Notes under the pieces: generated by a model
Database searches by the model: none
Told to the model about the DNA's origin: nothing
What the model saw: only the letters and a program-made list of their open reading frames with translations
In this document: in pieces, positions 38,476 through 53,155 of the stretch
Position numbering within the stretch: position 1 is the first letter of the stretch
Layout of the letters: each line of letters starts with the position of its first letter
Program-made: the position numbers and the translations under genes
NCBI RefSeq assembly: GCF_003991155.1
Contig: NZ_CP031293.1
DNA length: 64,000 bases
DNA from: Escherichia coli
GTDB taxonomy: Bacteria > Pseudomonadota > Gammaproteobacteria > Enterobacterales > Enterobacteriaceae
Direction: 5' to 3' (one strand)

Positions 38476-38724
38476 GTAAACGCAACGGATGGCTTACCGA
38501 TGCGGGGTTTGTGGTTAACCACCTTGGTGACTCTTAATGAGGGCGGTAATTCTACGGCAAACCGCTTGAATCGCCAATCTTTGTTGTGAATTACTGGCTT
38601 AGCTTTATATTCATTAAGGTAATGCTGATAAATATTCCCGCTTGCAGGGGTAAAAGTGACCTGACGCAATATTTGTCTTTTCTTGCTTCTTAATAATGTT
38701 GTCACAAAAAGTGAGGGTGACTAC

Positions 38725-39951
38725 ATGGATAAACTACTTGAGCGATTTTTGAACTACGTGTCTCTGGATACCCAATCAAAGGCAGGGGTGAGACAGGTTC
38801 CCAGCACGGAAGGCCAATGGAAGTTATTGCATCTGCTGAAAGAGCAGCTCGAAGAGATGGGGCTTATCAATGTGACCTTAAGTGAGAAGGGCACTTTGAT
38901 GGCGACGTTACCGGCTAACGTCCCTGGCGATATCCCGGCGATTGGCTTTATTTCTCATGTGGATACCTCACCGGATTGCAGCGGCAAAAATGTGAATCCG
39001 CAAATTGTTGAAAACTATCGCGGTGGCGATATTGCGCTGGGTATCGGCGATGAAGTTTTATCACCGGTTATGTTCCCGGTGCTGCATCAGCTACTGGGTC
39101 AGACGCTGATTACCACCGATGGTAAAACCTTGTTAGGTGCCGATGACAAAGCAGGTATTGCAGAAATCATGACCGCGCTGGCGGTATTGCAACAAAAAAA
39201 CATTCCGCATGGTGATATTCGCGTCGCCTTTACCCCGGATGAAGAAGTGGGCAAAGGGGCGAAGCATTTTGATGTTGACGCCTTCGATGCCCGCTGGGCT
39301 TACACCGTTGATGGTGGTGGCGTAGGCGAACTGGAGTTTGAAAACTTCAACGCCGCGTCGGTCAATATCAAAATTGTCGGTAACAATGTTCACCCGGGCA
39401 CGGCGAAAGGCGTGATGGTAAATGCGCTGTCGCTGGCGGCACGTATTCATGCGGAAGTTCCGGCGGATGAAAGCCCGGAAATGACAGAAGGCTATGAAGG
39501 TTTCTATCACCTGGCGAGCATGAAAGGCACCGTTGAACGGGCCGATATGCACTACATCATCCGTGATTTCGACCGTAAACAGTTTGAAGCGCGTAAACGT
39601 AAAATGATGGAGATCGCCAAAAAAGTGGGCAAAGGGTTACATCCTGATTGCTACATTGAACTGGTGATTGAAGACAGTTACTACAATATGCGCGAGAAAG
39701 TGGTTGAGCATCCGCATATTCTCGATATCGCCCAGCAGGCGATGCGTGACTGCGATATTGAACCGGAACTGAAACCGATCCGCGGCGGTACCGACGGCGC
39801 GCAGTTGTCGTTTATGGGATTACCGTGCCCGAACCTGTTCACTGGCGGTTACAACTATCATGGTAAGCATGAGTTTGTGACTCTGGAAGGTATGGAAAAA
39901 GCGGTGCAGGTGATCGTCCGTATTGCCGAGTTAACGGCGCAACGGAAGTAA
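38725..39951 (+). CDS. pepT: Peptidase T (tripeptide aminopeptidase, M20 family)
   Basis: ORF trimmed to ATG 38725 ([21 protein letters not shown]..., 408 aa). Confidence 0.92.
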   Translation: MDKLLERFLNYVSLDTQSKAGVRQVPSTEGQWKLLHLLKEQLEEMGLINVTLSEKGTLMATLPANVPGDIPAIGFISHVDTSPDCSGKNVNPQIVENYRGGDIALGIGDEVLSPVMFPVLHQLLGQTLITTDGKTLLGADDKAGIAEIMTALAVLQQKNIPHGDIRVAFTPDEEVGKGAKHFDVDAFDARWAYTVDGGGVGELEFENFNAASVNIKIVGNNVHPGTAKGVMVNALSLAARIHAEVPADESPEMTEGYEGFYHLASMKGTVERADMHYIIRDFDRKQFEARKRKMMEIAKKVGKGLHPDCYIELVIEDSYYNMREKVVEHPHILDIAQQAMRDCDIEPELKPIRGGTDGAQLSFMGLPCPNLFTGGYNYHGKHEFVTLEGMEKAVQVIVRIAELTAQRK

Positions 39952-39959
39952 GCGAAAAG

Positions 39960-39984
39960 GGATGCGGCATGTGATGCCGCATCC
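39960..39984. terminator. Hairpin between convergent pepT and roxA (probable bidirectional terminator)
   Basis: Near-perfect palindrome ggatgcggcat-gtg-atgccgcatcc between the pepT stop (39951) and the roxA stop (40000). Confidence 0.55.
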
Positions 39985-39999
39985 GGCTTAAATCCAAAC

Positions 40000-41121
40000 T
40001 TACCCTTCGAAGAACCAGTATCCGCTATTGACCAGCGCCGCGAGCATCGCGAGGAATGACGGATCTTCCAGCGCATCGCCAAAATTCTCCGCGGTCAGCG
40101 CAATGTTGCTGGCGAGCGCATCCAGTGCCGGACGGTGCGGGGAATCGATCTTCTCACCATTGGCATACACATCGTCGCCAATGCGCAATACGCGCAGACC
40201 CCCCAGGCGCACCAGCACATCACCTTGTTTCAGCGCATCGTAGATTTCATCCGGCTGATAAGGCGGCTCTGGCGGCGCGATATCCAGTTCATGACGTGAC
40301 TGGGATATAAACTCGCCAAACCATTGCTTAAAATGTTCCGGCTGGTTGATCAATTCGAGCATCATCTCACGCAGTTTATCCATCTCTTGCGGCAGAACGT
40401 CCGCAGGATGAGCGCGAGGTGGAACATCAGGATCGCTGTAGTAGTTGCCGCCCAGTTCACGTTGCAGCACATAATCGGCAAATCCACTAATCAGTTCCCG
40501 CGTATTTGGCGCGCGAAAACCCACGGAATAGTTCATCGCATTTTCCAGCGCGTAGCCTTCATGCGGGAATCCTGGCGGAATATAAAGAATATCACCAGGC
40601 TCCAGCTCTTCATCGATGATGGCTTCGAACGGATCGACCTGTAACAGATCCGGATGTGGGCAGTGCTGTTTCATTTGCAGCTTTTCACCCACTCGCCAGC
40701 GACGACGTCCGGTACCCTGAATAATAAACACGTCGTACTGATCGAGATGTGGGCCGACGCCGCCGCCAGGTACGGAAAAAGAGATCATCAGGTCATCAAT
40801 ACGCCAGTCCGGTAGTTCACGGAACGGTCGCATTAGCGCGGCGGTCGGCTCATGCCAGTGGTTCACTGCCTGTACCAGTAACGACCAGTTGGTTTCACCG
40901 AGATGATCGTAGCTTTCGAACGGGCCGTGGCTGACCTGCCATTTGCCATCCTGGTGACTGACCAGTCGACTGTCGACTTCGCTTTCCATCGCCAGACCCG
41001 CCAACTCGTCTGGAGAGATCGGGTCAATAAAATTATTAAAGCCGCGTTTTAACACCACCGGGCGTTTCTGCCAGTGACGTTCAAGAAAATCGGGCCAGTT
41101 AAGAGTGAGTTGGTATTCCAT
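40000..41121 (-). CDS. roxA: Ribosomal protein uL16 arginine hydroxylase (JmjC/cupin 2-oxoglutarate oxygenase)
   Basis: ORF trimmed to MEYQLTLNWPDFLERHWQKRPVVLKRGF (373 aa). Confidence 0.9.
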   Translation of the reverse strand: MEYQLTLNWPDFLERHWQKRPVVLKRGFNNFIDPISPDELAGLAMESEVDSRLVSHQDGKWQVSHGPFESYDHLGETNWSLLVQAVNHWHEPTAALMRPFRELPDWRIDDLMISFSVPGGGVGPHLDQYDVFIIQGTGRRRWRVGEKLQMKQHCPHPDLLQVDPFEAIIDEELEPGDILYIPPGFPHEGYALENAMNYSVGFRAPNTRELISGFADYVLQRELGGNYYSDPDVPPRAHPADVLPQEMDKLREMMLELINQPEHFKQWFGEFISQSRHELDIAPPEPPYQPDEIYDALKQGDVLVRLGGLRVLRIGDDVYANGEKIDSPHRPALDALASNIALTAENFGDALEDPSFLAMLAALVNSGYWFFEG

Positions 41122-41196
41122 GTTAAGCATCCACAGGCTGGTATCTGCAACCGATTATAACGGATGCTTAACGTAATGCGTGAAGTATGGACATAT

Positions 41197-42657
41197 TTAT
41201 TCATCTTTCGGCGCAGAATGCTGGCGACCAAAAATCACCTCCATCCGCGCACCGCCCATCATGCTCTCTCCGGCGACGATTTTACCCTCATATTGCTCGG
41301 TGATTTCGCGGGCTACCGCCAGCCCCACACCTTGCCCAGGGCGTAAAGTATCAACCCGTTGACCACGGTCGAAAATGACCTCTCGCTTGCTTAATGGAAT
41401 ACCGGGGCCATCATCCTCGACCACAATATAGAGATGCTCGTCGGTTTGCCTTGCAGAAATTTCGACAAACTCGAGGCAATATTTACAGGCATTATCCAGC
41501 ACATTGCCCATCACCTCGACAAAATCGTTCTGCTCACCAACAAAGCTGATCTCTGGCGAAATATCGAGAGAGATATTGACCCCTTTGCGTTGATACACTT
41601 TGTTCAGCGCCGAGGTGAGATTGTCCAACAGTGGGGCGACCGGATGCAGCTCGCGGCTAAGCAATGTCCCGCCGCGCATACTGGCACGATGCAGGTAGTA
41701 GCCAATTTGCTGTGAAATGCGGCTGATTTGCTCCAGCATTACCGGCTCAGCATCACTGACGCTCATCTTCTCACTACGCAGAGAACGCAGCGTACTTTGC
41801 AGCACCGCCAGTGGCGTTTTCAGACTATGGGTCAGGTCGGTGAGCGTTGTACGATATTTGTCGTAACGTTCGCGTTCACTTTTTAACAATCGGTTCAGGT
41901 TTCGTACCAGACTGGTCAGTTCTCGCGTTGTGGCTGGATTGAGCAATTCGCGGTTATGTTCTTCCAGTTCGCGGACTTCTTTTGCCAGGGCTTCGATGGG
42001 GCGTAAACTCCACCAGGCGGCGACCCACAGCAGCGGGATCACTAACAGCAGATTGGCTGAGAGCACATAGATAAACCAGCTCCAGACCATATAGGAACTT
42101 TTTAGCTCCACCGGAATGGTATCCACCACCACAATGGTTAACTTTGGCATCCGCGATGTTGCCGGGTAGACGTTTACCGCCACCGAGTGGGTCATCTCCG
42201 CGTCGTCATCATCTTCCCGCACTTCCTGCAACTGTTGCTGTATCGAATGATCTCCACTCAGCAAGAGGCTGGTATCGTTAACATCCGCTTCAATTTCATG
42301 AAAACCATTCGATTTCAGCCAGTCAGGCTGGATCATCTTCATCAGCCAGGGCACGTCACGTTGCGCCCATAAAAGCTGCCCGTTCTCATCATAAATTAGC
42401 GTCATGGTGGGGCTTTGCTTGTCGATATTTTCGGGTAACTCGACATGCAACTTATTGTTTTCCCACTTCGCAAGGGTATAGAACAGATTGCTCTCGCCAC
42501 GTAACAGCCGAAACGTAGTTTTATCGAAACTGACGCTATAACCGATCAGCGCAACCATTCCGTAGGCAAGCGAAAGCACCAATACTACTGCTGCAGTTGC
42601 TAACAGAAAACGTACCCGCAGCGAGAGCGGGAAAAAAAGACGCAGTAATTTTTTCAT
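41197..42657 (-). CDS. phoQ: Sensor histidine kinase PhoQ
   Basis: 486-aa ORF with two transmembrane segments, periplasmic sensor domain, HAMP and HATPase domains. Confidence 0.95.
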   Translation of the reverse strand: MKKLLRLFFPLSLRVRFLLATAAVVLVLSLAYGMVALIGYSVSFDKTTFRLLRGESNLFYTLAKWENNKLHVELPENIDKQSPTMTLIYDENGQLLWAQRDVPWLMKMIQPDWLKSNGFHEIEADVNDTSLLLSGDHSIQQQLQEVREDDDDAEMTHSVAVNVYPATSRMPKLTIVVVDTIPVELKSSYMVWSWFIYVLSANLLLVIPLLWVAAWWSLRPIEALAKEVRELEEHNRELLNPATTRELTSLVRNLNRLLKSERERYDKYRTTLTDLTHSLKTPLAVLQSTLRSLRSEKMSVSDAEPVMLEQISRISQQIGYYLHRASMRGGTLLSRELHPVAPLLDNLTSALNKVYQRKGVNISLDISPEISFVGEQNDFVEVMGNVLDNACKYCLEFVEISARQTDEHLYIVVEDDGPGIPLSKREVIFDRGQRVDTLRPGQGVGLAVAREITEQYEGKIVAGESMMGGARMEVIFGRQHSAPKDE

Positions 42658-43328
42658 CAGCGCAATTCGAACAGATAGCCCTGGCCGCGAACGGTGGTAA
42701 TCACTTCTTGCGGATATTGTGCCTGAATTTTTTTGCGCAGACGTCCCATCAGTACATCAATGGTATGGCTTTCCCGCAGCTCCGCATCCGGGTAGAGTTG
42801 TAGCATTAACGAATCTTTGCTGACCACTTTGCCATTATTGCGTATCAACGTTTCCATAATGGTGTATTCGAACGCGGTCAGTTTGATCACTTCGTCATTA
42901 ATAGATAATTCACGGCGGGAGAGATCAACCTGAAACGGTGGTAGCGAAATGACCTGTGAAGCCAGACCGCTATTACGCCGCATTAATGCCTGCATTCGCG
43001 CCATCACCTCTTCAATATGAAACGGTTTAGTCACGTAATCATCAGCACCGGCACTTAATACTTCGACTTTGTCCTGCCAGCTTTCACGGGCGGTTAATAC
43101 CAGAATCGGCAGTGAAACATCGTTGCTACGCCAGCGGCGAATCAGTGACAGACCGTCCTCGTCAGGCAATCCGAGATCGACAATCGCAATATCCGGTAAA
43201 TGTTCATTGAGATAATAATCGGCTTCTTTGGCATCTTCTGCGTCATCGACCTGATGACCAGCATCCTGAATCTGAACTTTAAGATGGTGACGTAACAACG
43301 CATTGTCTTCAACAACCAGTACGCGCAT
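42657..43328 (-). CDS. phoP: Response regulator PhoP (OmpR family)
   Basis: 223-aa [43 protein letters not shown]...; stop overlaps the phoQ start. Confidence 0.95.
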   Translation of the reverse strand: MRVLVVEDNALLRHHLKVQIQDAGHQVDDAEDAKEADYYLNEHLPDIAIVDLGLPDEDGLSLIRRWRSNDVSLPILVLTARESWQDKVEVLSAGADDYVTKPFHIEEVMARMQALMRRNSGLASQVISLPPFQVDLSRRELSINDEVIKLTAFEYTIMETLIRNNGKVVSKDSLMLQLYPDAELRESHTIDVLMGRLRKKIQAQYPQEVITTVRGQGYLFELR

Positions 43329-43387
43329 TTTTATTTCTCCCTGTCTTAATTATTAAAATAGTGTAACGCGATTATGTGGTTATGGGG

Positions 43388-43405
43388 GTAAACATTAAAT
43401 AAACC
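43388..43405 (-). promoter_or_regulatory. PhoP box (autoregulated phoPQ promoter)
   Basis: On the coding strand of phoP, about 60-80 nt upstream of its start: GGTTTA-TTTAA-TGTTTA, a direct hexamer repeat with 5-nt spacer matching the (T/G)GTTTA-N5-(T/G)GTTTA consensus. Confidence 0.6.
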
Positions 43406-43496
43406 AGCGGGGAGGGGAGGTAAAGTGAAAAAATAAAAAGTGGATAATCTTAATAAGCAGGCCGGACAGCATCGCCATCCGGCACTGTTTTGAGGC

Positions 43497-44870
<1,374 letters not shown>

Positions 44871-45512
44871 TCACAACTCCGGGGTTAAATGAGCAAGAAT
44901 TTGTTTTGCCTGAGTGGTCAGGCGATTACGAGAAAACATCAGTTGCAGACGTCCGCCGCCAACCTGGTGCCAGAGCACGGCGGCGCGAATGCCTGCCAGC
45001 AGGGTTGCGCGAACTTTCGCCTGCACTTGTGGGCTTTGCAGTACAGCAGGGGAACCGGTTACCTGAATGCGTGGGCCAAGCGGGCTAATCACATCAACAT
45101 AGATAGCAGCCATCGCGCTCATCAGCGTTTCGGACTGTAAATCGAAGTGTTCGAGCTGGCGTTGCAGGCCGTTGATCCGGTTGCCCAGAGTGTCGAGCGC
45201 ACCTTTCGCTGAGGAGAGTTTGCGCTCAAGCACCATCAGACTGAGTGTGTAGCGGGTTAATTCGGCGTTTAAGCCCTGGCGACTGCTGGCATTGAGCACG
45301 CCGAGCAGGGTTTCCAGCCCGACGCGCAGGTTGGCTTCGCTACCGCCAAAAACCGCCAGCGTCGAGCTGGGGTTCATATCAATAATACTGTTGAGTGAGA
45401 CGTGTAGCGCATCGGCATCACAATGCCCCTGGTGAGCGAGTTGTTGCACCAGGCGTGCCGACTGACAAATACCGGCCAGGGCGAGGGTGATGTCATAGTA
45501 ATTCTTTGCCAC
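44871..45512 (-). CDS. hflD: High-frequency lysogenization protein HflD
   Basis: ORF trimmed to GTG start ([21 protein letters not shown]..., 213 aa). Confidence 0.87.
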   Translation of the reverse strand: MAKNYYDITLALAGICQSARLVQQLAHQGHCDADALHVSLNSIIDMNPSSTLAVFGGSEANLRVGLETLLGVLNASSRQGLNAELTRYTLSLMVLERKLSSAKGALDTLGNRINGLQRQLEHFDLQSETLMSAMAAIYVDVISPLGPRIQVTGSPAVLQSPQVQAKVRATLLAGIRAAVLWHQVGGGRLQLMFSRNRLTTQAKQILAHLTPEL

Positions 45513-45547
45513 GTTCACTGCTTCCTTGTTTTAAGTAAAGATAATAA

Positions 45548-47169
<1,622 letters not shown>

Positions 47170-47178
47170 TTTGCGTCC

Positions 47179-47832
47179 TTAATCTGTCGCTTCTCGCCAT
47201 TCGCCGTTGGCAAGATTATCCAAAGAGTAATCACCCATCGCATAGCGAATCAGTCGCAGCGTGGGGAAACCAACATGGGCGGTCATGCGGCGCACCTGGC
47301 GATTACGTCCTTCATATAAAGTAATCTTCAGCCAGCTGGTGGGAATACTTTTACGTTCACGAATTGGTGGATTCCGCGGCCATAACCACGCGGGTTCTTC
47401 AACCAGCTCCGCGCCTGCGGGCAGGGTAGGGCCATCATTTAAGGTTACGCCATTGCGCAAGGCTTCAAGTGCGTCTTGTGTGGGAATACCTTCCACCTGC
47501 ACATAATAGATTTTTCCGGTGCGTTTACCCGGCTGGGTTAAACGCGCCTGCAACGCGCCGTTATTGGTCAGCACCAGTAACCCTTCGCTATCGCGGTCAA
47601 GACGACCTGCTGCATAAACGCCCTGAACCGGGATGAATTCTTTTAATGTTTTGCGTCCGGCTTCATCGGTGAACTGCGGAAGAACATCGTAGGGTTTATT
47701 GAACAGGATCACACGCGTGGGCTGGTTTTCAGGTTTACGCCTGGTAGAACGTTGCGAGCTGAATCGCTTAACCTGGTGATTTCTAAAAGAAGTTTTTTGC
47801 ATGGTATTTTCAGAGATTATGAATTGCCGCAT
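47179..47832 (-). CDS. rluE: 23S rRNA pseudouridine(2457) synthase
   Basis: 217-aa ORF of the RsuA/RluE pseudouridine synthase family with basic N-terminus. Confidence 0.88.
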   Translation of the reverse strand: MRQFIISENTMQKTSFRNHQVKRFSSQRSTRRKPENQPTRVILFNKPYDVLPQFTDEAGRKTLKEFIPVQGVYAAGRLDRDSEGLLVLTNNGALQARLTQPGKRTGKIYYVQVEGIPTQDALEALRNGVTLNDGPTLPAGAELVEEPAWLWPRNPPIRERKSIPTSWLKITLYEGRNRQVRRMTAHVGFPTLRLIRYAMGDYSLDNLANGEWREATD

Positions 47833-48003
47833 TATAGCCTAATAACGCGCATCTTTCATGACGGCAAACAATAGGGTAGTATTGACAAGCTAATTACAAA
47901 TCATTAACAAAAAATTGCTCTAAAGCATCCGTATCGCAGGACGCAAACGCATATGCAACGTGGTGGCAGACGAGCAAACCAGTAGCGCTCGAAGGAGAGG
48001 TGA

Positions 48004-49254
48004 ATGGAAAGTAAAGTAGTTGTTCCGGCACAAGGCAAGAAGATCACCCTGCAAAACGGCAAACTCAACGTTCCTGAAAATCCGATTATCCCTTACATTG
48101 AAGGTGATGGAATCGGTGTAGATGTAACCCCAGCCATGCTGAAAGTGGTCGACGCTGCAGTCGAGAAAGCCTATAAAGGCGAGCGTAAAATCTCCTGGAT
48201 GGAAATTTACACCGGTGAAAAATCCACACAGGTTTACGGTCAGGATGTCTGGCTGCCTGCTGAAACCCTTGATCTGATTCGTGAATATCGCGTTGCCATT
48301 AAAGGCCCGCTGACCACTCCGGTTGGTGGCGGTATTCGCTCTCTCAACGTTGCTCTGCGCCAGGAACTGGATCTCTACATCTGCCTGCGTCCGGTACGTT
48401 ACTATCAGGGCACTCCAAGCCCGGTTAAACACCCTGAACTGACCGATATGGTTATCTTCCGTGAAAACTCGGAAGACATTTATGCGGGTATCGAATGGAA
48501 AGCAGACTCTGCCGACGCTGAGAAAGTGATTAAATTCCTGCGTGAAGAGATGGGCGTGAAGAAAATTCGCTTCCCGGAACATTGCGGTATCGGTATTAAG
48601 CCGTGTTCTGAAGAAGGCACCAAACGTCTGGTTCGTGCAGCGATCGAATACGCAATTGCTAACGATCGTGACTCTGTGACCCTGGTGCACAAAGGCAACA
48701 TCATGAAGTTCACCGAAGGCGCGTTTAAAGACTGGGGCTACCAGCTGGCGCGTGAAGAGTTTGGCGGTGAACTGATCGACGGCGGCCCGTGGCTGAAAGT
48801 TAAAAACCCGAACACCGGCAAAGAGATCGTCATTAAAGACGTGATTGCTGACGCATTCCTGCAACAGATCCTGCTGCGTCCGGCTGAATATGATGTTATC
48901 GCCTGTATGAACCTGAACGGTGACTACATTTCTGACGCCCTGGCAGCACAGGTTGGCGGTATCGGTATCGCCCCTGGCGCAAACATCGGTGACGAATGCG
49001 CCCTGTTTGAAGCCACCCACGGTACTGCGCCGAAATATGCCGGTCAGGACAAAGTAAACCCAGGCTCTATTATTCTCTCCGCTGAGATGATGTTACGCCA
49101 TATGGGTTGGACTGAAGCCGCAGACCTGATTGTTAAAGGTATGGAAGGCGCGATCAACGCGAAGACTGTAACCTATGACTTCGAACGTCTGATGGAAGGC
49201 GCTAAACTGCTGAAATGTTCAGAGTTTGGTGATGCGATCATCAAGAATATGTAA
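48004..49254 (+). CDS. icd: NADP-dependent isocitrate dehydrogenase
   Basis: 416-aa [41 protein letters not shown]... with a complete C-terminus ...[13 protein letters not shown]. Confidence 0.97.
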   Translation: MESKVVVPAQGKKITLQNGKLNVPENPIIPYIEGDGIGVDVTPAMLKVVDAAVEKAYKGERKISWMEIYTGEKSTQVYGQDVWLPAETLDLIREYRVAIKGPLTTPVGGGIRSLNVALRQELDLYICLRPVRYYQGTPSPVKHPELTDMVIFRENSEDIYAGIEWKADSADAEKVIKFLREEMGVKKIRFPEHCGIGIKPCSEEGTKRLVRAAIEYAIANDRDSVTLVHKGNIMKFTEGAFKDWGYQLAREEFGGELIDGGPWLKVKNPNTGKEIVIKDVIADAFLQQILLRPAEYDVIACMNLNGDYISDALAAQVGGIGIAPGANIGDECALFEATHGTAPKYAGQDKVNPGSIILSAEMMLRHMGWTEAADLIVKGMEGAINAKTVTYDFERLMEGAKLLKCSEFGDAIIKNM

Positions 49255-49277
49255 TCACTACATGTGTTAAATATTGT

Positions 49278-49309
49278 AACGGGCGTATAACACGCCCGTT
49301 GTTTTATTT
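49278..49309 (+). terminator. Rho-independent terminator of icd
   Basis: Hairpin aacgggcg-tataaca-cgcccgtt followed by GTTTTATTT, about 25 nt after the icd stop. Confidence 0.65.
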
Positions 49310-49356
49310 ATGTGGATATTATTAATATCATGTCGAGAATATTTATATGAAGACCA

Positions 49357-49680
49357 TTACTTGAGCCCATATGGGCATATTTTTATAATGCAACTATTAT
49401 GCAAACATTTATTTGTTATTTTGCTTTCTCCTGGAGGACACTCTTGACTGCTTTTGAGTAAACTCCATAAATCCTTGTTGAATGGTGCGATGTTATAAAT
49501 AGTAATAGGATATTCTTTATCCTTAAGGATAATACCATACTTAACCGGTGTAAATATACTTCCAGGAGGGAGAAATATAGTAGATTGATACCAGATGATC
49601 ATTTTCATATCACCCCATATGGCTGAAAAAGATATGCCGCATGTAGGTTGAATTACCGTGTCAATTACTATCCACTTCAT
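49357..49680 (-). CDS. iraM: Anti-adapter protein IraM (RssB inhibitor stabilising RpoS)
   Basis: 107-aa [26 protein letters not shown]... in an AT-rich segment; matches the remembered IraM sequence and size. Confidence 0.82.
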   Translation of the reverse strand: MKWIVIDTVIQPTCGISFSAIWGDMKMIIWYQSTIFLPPGSIFTPVKYGIILKDKEYPITIYNIAPFNKDLWSLLKSSQECPPGESKITNKCLHNSCIIKICPYGLK

Positions 49681-50382
49681 TTGTTATGTCTTATCCCACG
49701 GTGCTTAATATAATTCATTTGGATGTTCATTTCTTGATTTTGCATATGTGTATATTACTCCCAAAAAAATAAATTAATTAAAAATTAATGTCATTATCTA
49801 TATAAAACAAAATTTAAAGCAAGGAATCTCAATAGAGATTAAACAAAATGAGATTTAGTGAAAACATTAAATTATTCACTTCGTTTTAGATTTGTTTAGC
49901 TAAAATGTTATACATTCAAATGACTGAATATTCTGTAATTAAAACATAGCCTTTATGCTACTTTGAGCCAATTTGCTAAACATTATGGTTGGCCTTTTAA
50001 TATAACGATAATGATGAATATAAGCATGACCTGAGAATAAGGTTTCAATTTTTTAGTTATATAGGAATGGTTAAACCCGTTCCTGACTAAAATACATATA
50101 ATCGGATGATGACTAAACCAAAACACATGTGCGTTAAGTATTGAAACGGGCGTATGGCACGCCCGTTGGTTTTATAAATATGTTAACCGTTATAAAATAA
50201 CGTATAGAAAGTCAAGTGATCACATTTCAAATATCAAGTTGATAGTATTGATCTGGTGATTATTTATGGGTGGCAATAAAAAGACAGTATTACTCATCCA
50301 TATGAATAGTCTCTGCACTTTTATTTCCATTATGCTAATGCCTTACTGAATTATGAAGCATTTTTTAAGCATCCAACTTTAG

Positions 50383-50787
50383 CTAGATTAATGGTTTATT
50401 GTTTTCTACATCTTCAATATATAAAAGCGTATTATCAATGGCGTAGTAACTGCGTTTGTTATGATTAACATCAGTAACCCACCGGAAAACGCCCGCGTCT
50501 GCCAGTGTTGAACAGTATTCCCGAAATGTAGATTTTCCGCAAATATGAAGCAATGCGGCCTCTTTTATTTTAGCAGGGTTCTTGGTCGTACTAACTTTTA
50601 ACAGGTTCCTGGTTCCTCTTAATAACAAAACCGTGTCATCGTGAGTAATAATTCTGATGTTATCCGTAGCTAGATAATAAATGTAATGTGCAATACGGTG
50701 ATGTTTTAATTCTGAATAAAACCAGGAGAAGTTTTGCTCTTTTCTCACTTGCTCAAACATCTTTTGAAAAACAACGACCTGATCCAT
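50383..50787 (-). CDS. ycgX: Uncharacterised DUF1398-family protein YcgX
   Basis: 134-aa ORF, position between iraM and bluR as in K-12. Confidence 0.78.
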   Translation of the reverse strand: MDQVVVFQKMFEQVRKEQNFSWFYSELKHHRIAHYIYYLATDNIRIITHDDTVLLLRGTRNLLKVSTTKNPAKIKEAALLHICGKSTFREYCSTLADAGVFRWVTDVNHNKRSYYAIDNTLLYIEDVENNKPLI

Positions 50788-51007
50788 CAGGATAATAACC
50801 TCTTGTTAGTTGTGAGACTGCGTAGTGTGCACGATCGGTTTTACCACTTCAATCTGGTCTGTCCTTTGGCTGTGATATGTACAAAGTGTGAAAGGGGGAT
50901 TACCTGAATTCTCCCGGTGAGCATTTTGTAATGGACCAGCTCCGGTACAAACGCTGTTGTGGGTTCAGATTATAACATTCTGTCTAAGGGGCGGGATAAA
51001 GGTGAAA

Positions 51008-51739
51008 TTAGGGGGCATGGAAGATGACTTTATAACCTTGCTCACCCCAGTGTTGTAAAAGTTCGTTTTGCCTTCTCGTTGGTGCCATGCCTGTCCAGAC
51101 AATTAATGTTTGCGTCGGGAACAGTTCCGGGCGCGGCGATTCAATGGGATCAGCAAGAACAGAAATGTGCCATCCTGACAATGATAAACGCCATGCTTCC
51201 AGCCACAATCGTGCTCTCTCTTCAACATTCCACGCCATCAGAATGGCTTCTTTACCGGGCTTACGGCGCATTTCGAAAAGCGAGGCTGCTGCGTATTCAA
51301 TTAATGCGCCGTCAAACATACTGCTCATAATGCGGGAGGTGTTGTGATCAAGCACGAGACGCTGGCGAACAGGAAGGTAAACATGATTAATCAATTGATC
51401 TACTGGGTACTCTCGGCCCAGTGAAATAATTCTCGCGCGTAGTTTGGCAGGATTAGCCATACGAAGAATTGACATCATCTCTTCTTGCAGGCGGCTCCAG
51501 TCATCTTCCGTATCCTGGCTGGTGGTTTCCAGTAATGCTTTAACTTTGCCTACAGGGACGCCATTACTTATCCAACGCTTGATCTCTTCGATGCGTTGTA
51601 TGTCTTCTTCATCAAAGAGTCGGTGTCCGCCTTCACTGCGCTGTGGTTTTAACAAACCGTAGCGGCGTTGCCAGGCCCGGAGAGTGACAGGATTAATCCC
51701 GCAACGTTCAGCAACATCACCAATGCTGTAATAAGCCAC
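51008..51739 (-). CDS. bluR: MerR-family transcriptional repressor BluR (YcgE)
   Basis: 243-aa ORF with N-terminal MerR helix-turn-helix [32 protein letters not shown]. Confidence 0.9.
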   Translation of the reverse strand: MAYYSIGDVAERCGINPVTLRAWQRRYGLLKPQRSEGGHRLFDEEDIQRIEEIKRWISNGVPVGKVKALLETTSQDTEDDWSRLQEEMMSILRMANPAKLRARIISLGREYPVDQLINHVYLPVRQRLVLDHNTSRIMSSMFDGALIEYAAASLFEMRRKPGKEAILMAWNVEERARLWLEAWRLSLSGWHISVLADPIESPRPELFPTQTLIVWTGMAPTRRQNELLQHWGEQGYKVIFHAP

Positions 51740-51943
51740 AATTCCTCCTTGCGGTCACAAATCTCCGTCGCCTGTACACGACCCAATAATACTTTGTACA
51801 ATATACGCTAAAATTGTACAAAGTATAAATAAGATTTCAGCTAAATTGAATGAAACATTATTTTTAATGTGGATTAAATTTAAACATAACGTATTCATTT
51901 TCACGATGATTTTCAGAAATCATACGAAATAATGTGCTGGAAA

Positions 51944-53155
51944 TTATTTTTTCTCCGGCCACGCAACTGAAGGGATACCATTCAATTTAGCTTTCGCAAA
52001 CAGATCTCCCTGAAACATCTCAATTCCTGCAGATTCAAGCCACATCCACTCTTCTGGTGTTGTCACACCCATAGCAGAGACTTGAATTTCAAGTGATGTA
52101 CAGCATTTTATGATCGCTTGAATAATTGCCTGCCGTGGCCCGCTTTTATGAACATTGGTAATCAATTCCTGACTGATTTTAATTCTGTCAGGCTGGAAGC
52201 GTGACAGGAGTAACAAACCGGCAAAACCTGCGCCAAAATGATCAATTGCTACACTGATACCGGCAGCCTTAAGCGATTTAATCGCTTCTGCAAACTCATC
52301 AAACCGAGATATGACTTCACTTTCAGTAAATTCAACGATGATTTGTTCAGGCACCAGAGCATTGGCCTTTATTTCATCAAGTAAAAAAGAGACTGCGTCA
52401 GGTTCGTTAACCAGGGTCATAGGTAATAGATTGATTGAAATCATTTTATCACCGAGCTCAAGTGCGTGTGCCATCGCGAATGCAAGCGCCTTACTTTTGA
52501 GATCCGCTGTATAGATTTCCCCGTCTTTACGCTGCCCAACCGCTATAGCTGATGGGCTATCTTCATTTTTTTGCACAATGGCTTCAAAAGCGATTATCCG
52601 CCGCGATAAGGGATCGACAATAGGATGAAAGGCAAAGTGGTCGTTTATAGTTGGTGAAAGGGTACAGGAATCAAGTTCTTTATCAGATCCGTCAGCGATA
52701 AAAAGCCAGGAGTCTTCGGCAGGGATCTCGAAATAGGTTGCTTGTTCGGTTGCAAGGACAAAAGTACGAAAAAATTGCAGCGCTCTGTCATCATAAGTTA
52801 GCTGAAATTTTGATGTGCCTTTGTCGAATACGGCCTGTAAAACGTCATCTCGCTCGTGCAGGCGCAAATCAAATAATTCCATTCCCGCTTTGCCAAAACG
52901 GCGAGCAGGCGCGTAATCGCACATCAGCTCAACAATATTATAGTGCCGTGGATCCTGGCATATAGCCCGATATATCATTTTAACCTGTTCTTCCGGACCT
53001 TCCAGAAGCTGGAAAAAATGAGAACCATTAAACAGTAAGATCCCTGTTACGTCAGACTGCATGTTCCTGCGATTTGCTATCGAAACCATTTCTTCGATTT
53101 TTTTGACAGGTTCGTCGTCACGTATATGGCTACGATAAATAAGGGTGGTAAGCAT
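51944..53155 (-). CDS. bluF: Blue-light sensor BLUF-EAL protein BluF (YcgF)
   Basis: ORF trimmed to ATG (plus-strand cat 53153-53155): MLTTLIYRSHIRDD... (403 aa); N-terminal BLUF domain plus C-terminal EAL-like domain. Confidence 0.9.
   Translation of the reverse strand: MLTTLIYRSHIRDDEPVKKIEEMVSIANRRNMQSDVTGILLFNGSHFFQLLEGPEEQVKMIYRAICQDPRHYNIVELMCDYAPARRFGKAGMELFDLRLHERDDVLQAVFDKGTSKFQLTYDDRALQFFRTFVLATEQATYFEIPAEDSWLFIADGSDKELDSCTLSPTINDHFAFHPIVDPLSRRIIAFEAIVQKNEDSPSAIAVGQRKDGEIYTADLKSKALAFAMAHALELGDKMISINLLPMTLVNEPDAVSFLLDEIKANALVPEQIIVEFTESEVISRFDEFAEAIKSLKAAGISVAIDHFGAGFAGLLLLSRFQPDRIKISQELITNVHKSGPRQAIIQAIIKCCTSLEIQVSAMGVTTPEEWMWLESAGIEMFQGDLFAKAKLNGIPSVAWPEKK

Noticed and set aside
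47920-49020. 366-aa minus-strand ORF overlapping icd
   Set aside because: Entirely antisense to icd; low-complexity, Arg/Phe-rich translation typical of an antisense frame.
49681-50150. PhoP box upstream of iraM
   Set aside because: Only half-site-like TGTTTA / TAAACA hexamers found by eye; no properly spaced direct repeat confirmed without a matrix scan.
49357-50400. Possible tRNA gene as integration target downstream of icd
   Set aside because: No cloverleaf-like sequence or conserved tRNA boxes seen; e14-type integration targets the icd 3' end itself, not a tRNA.
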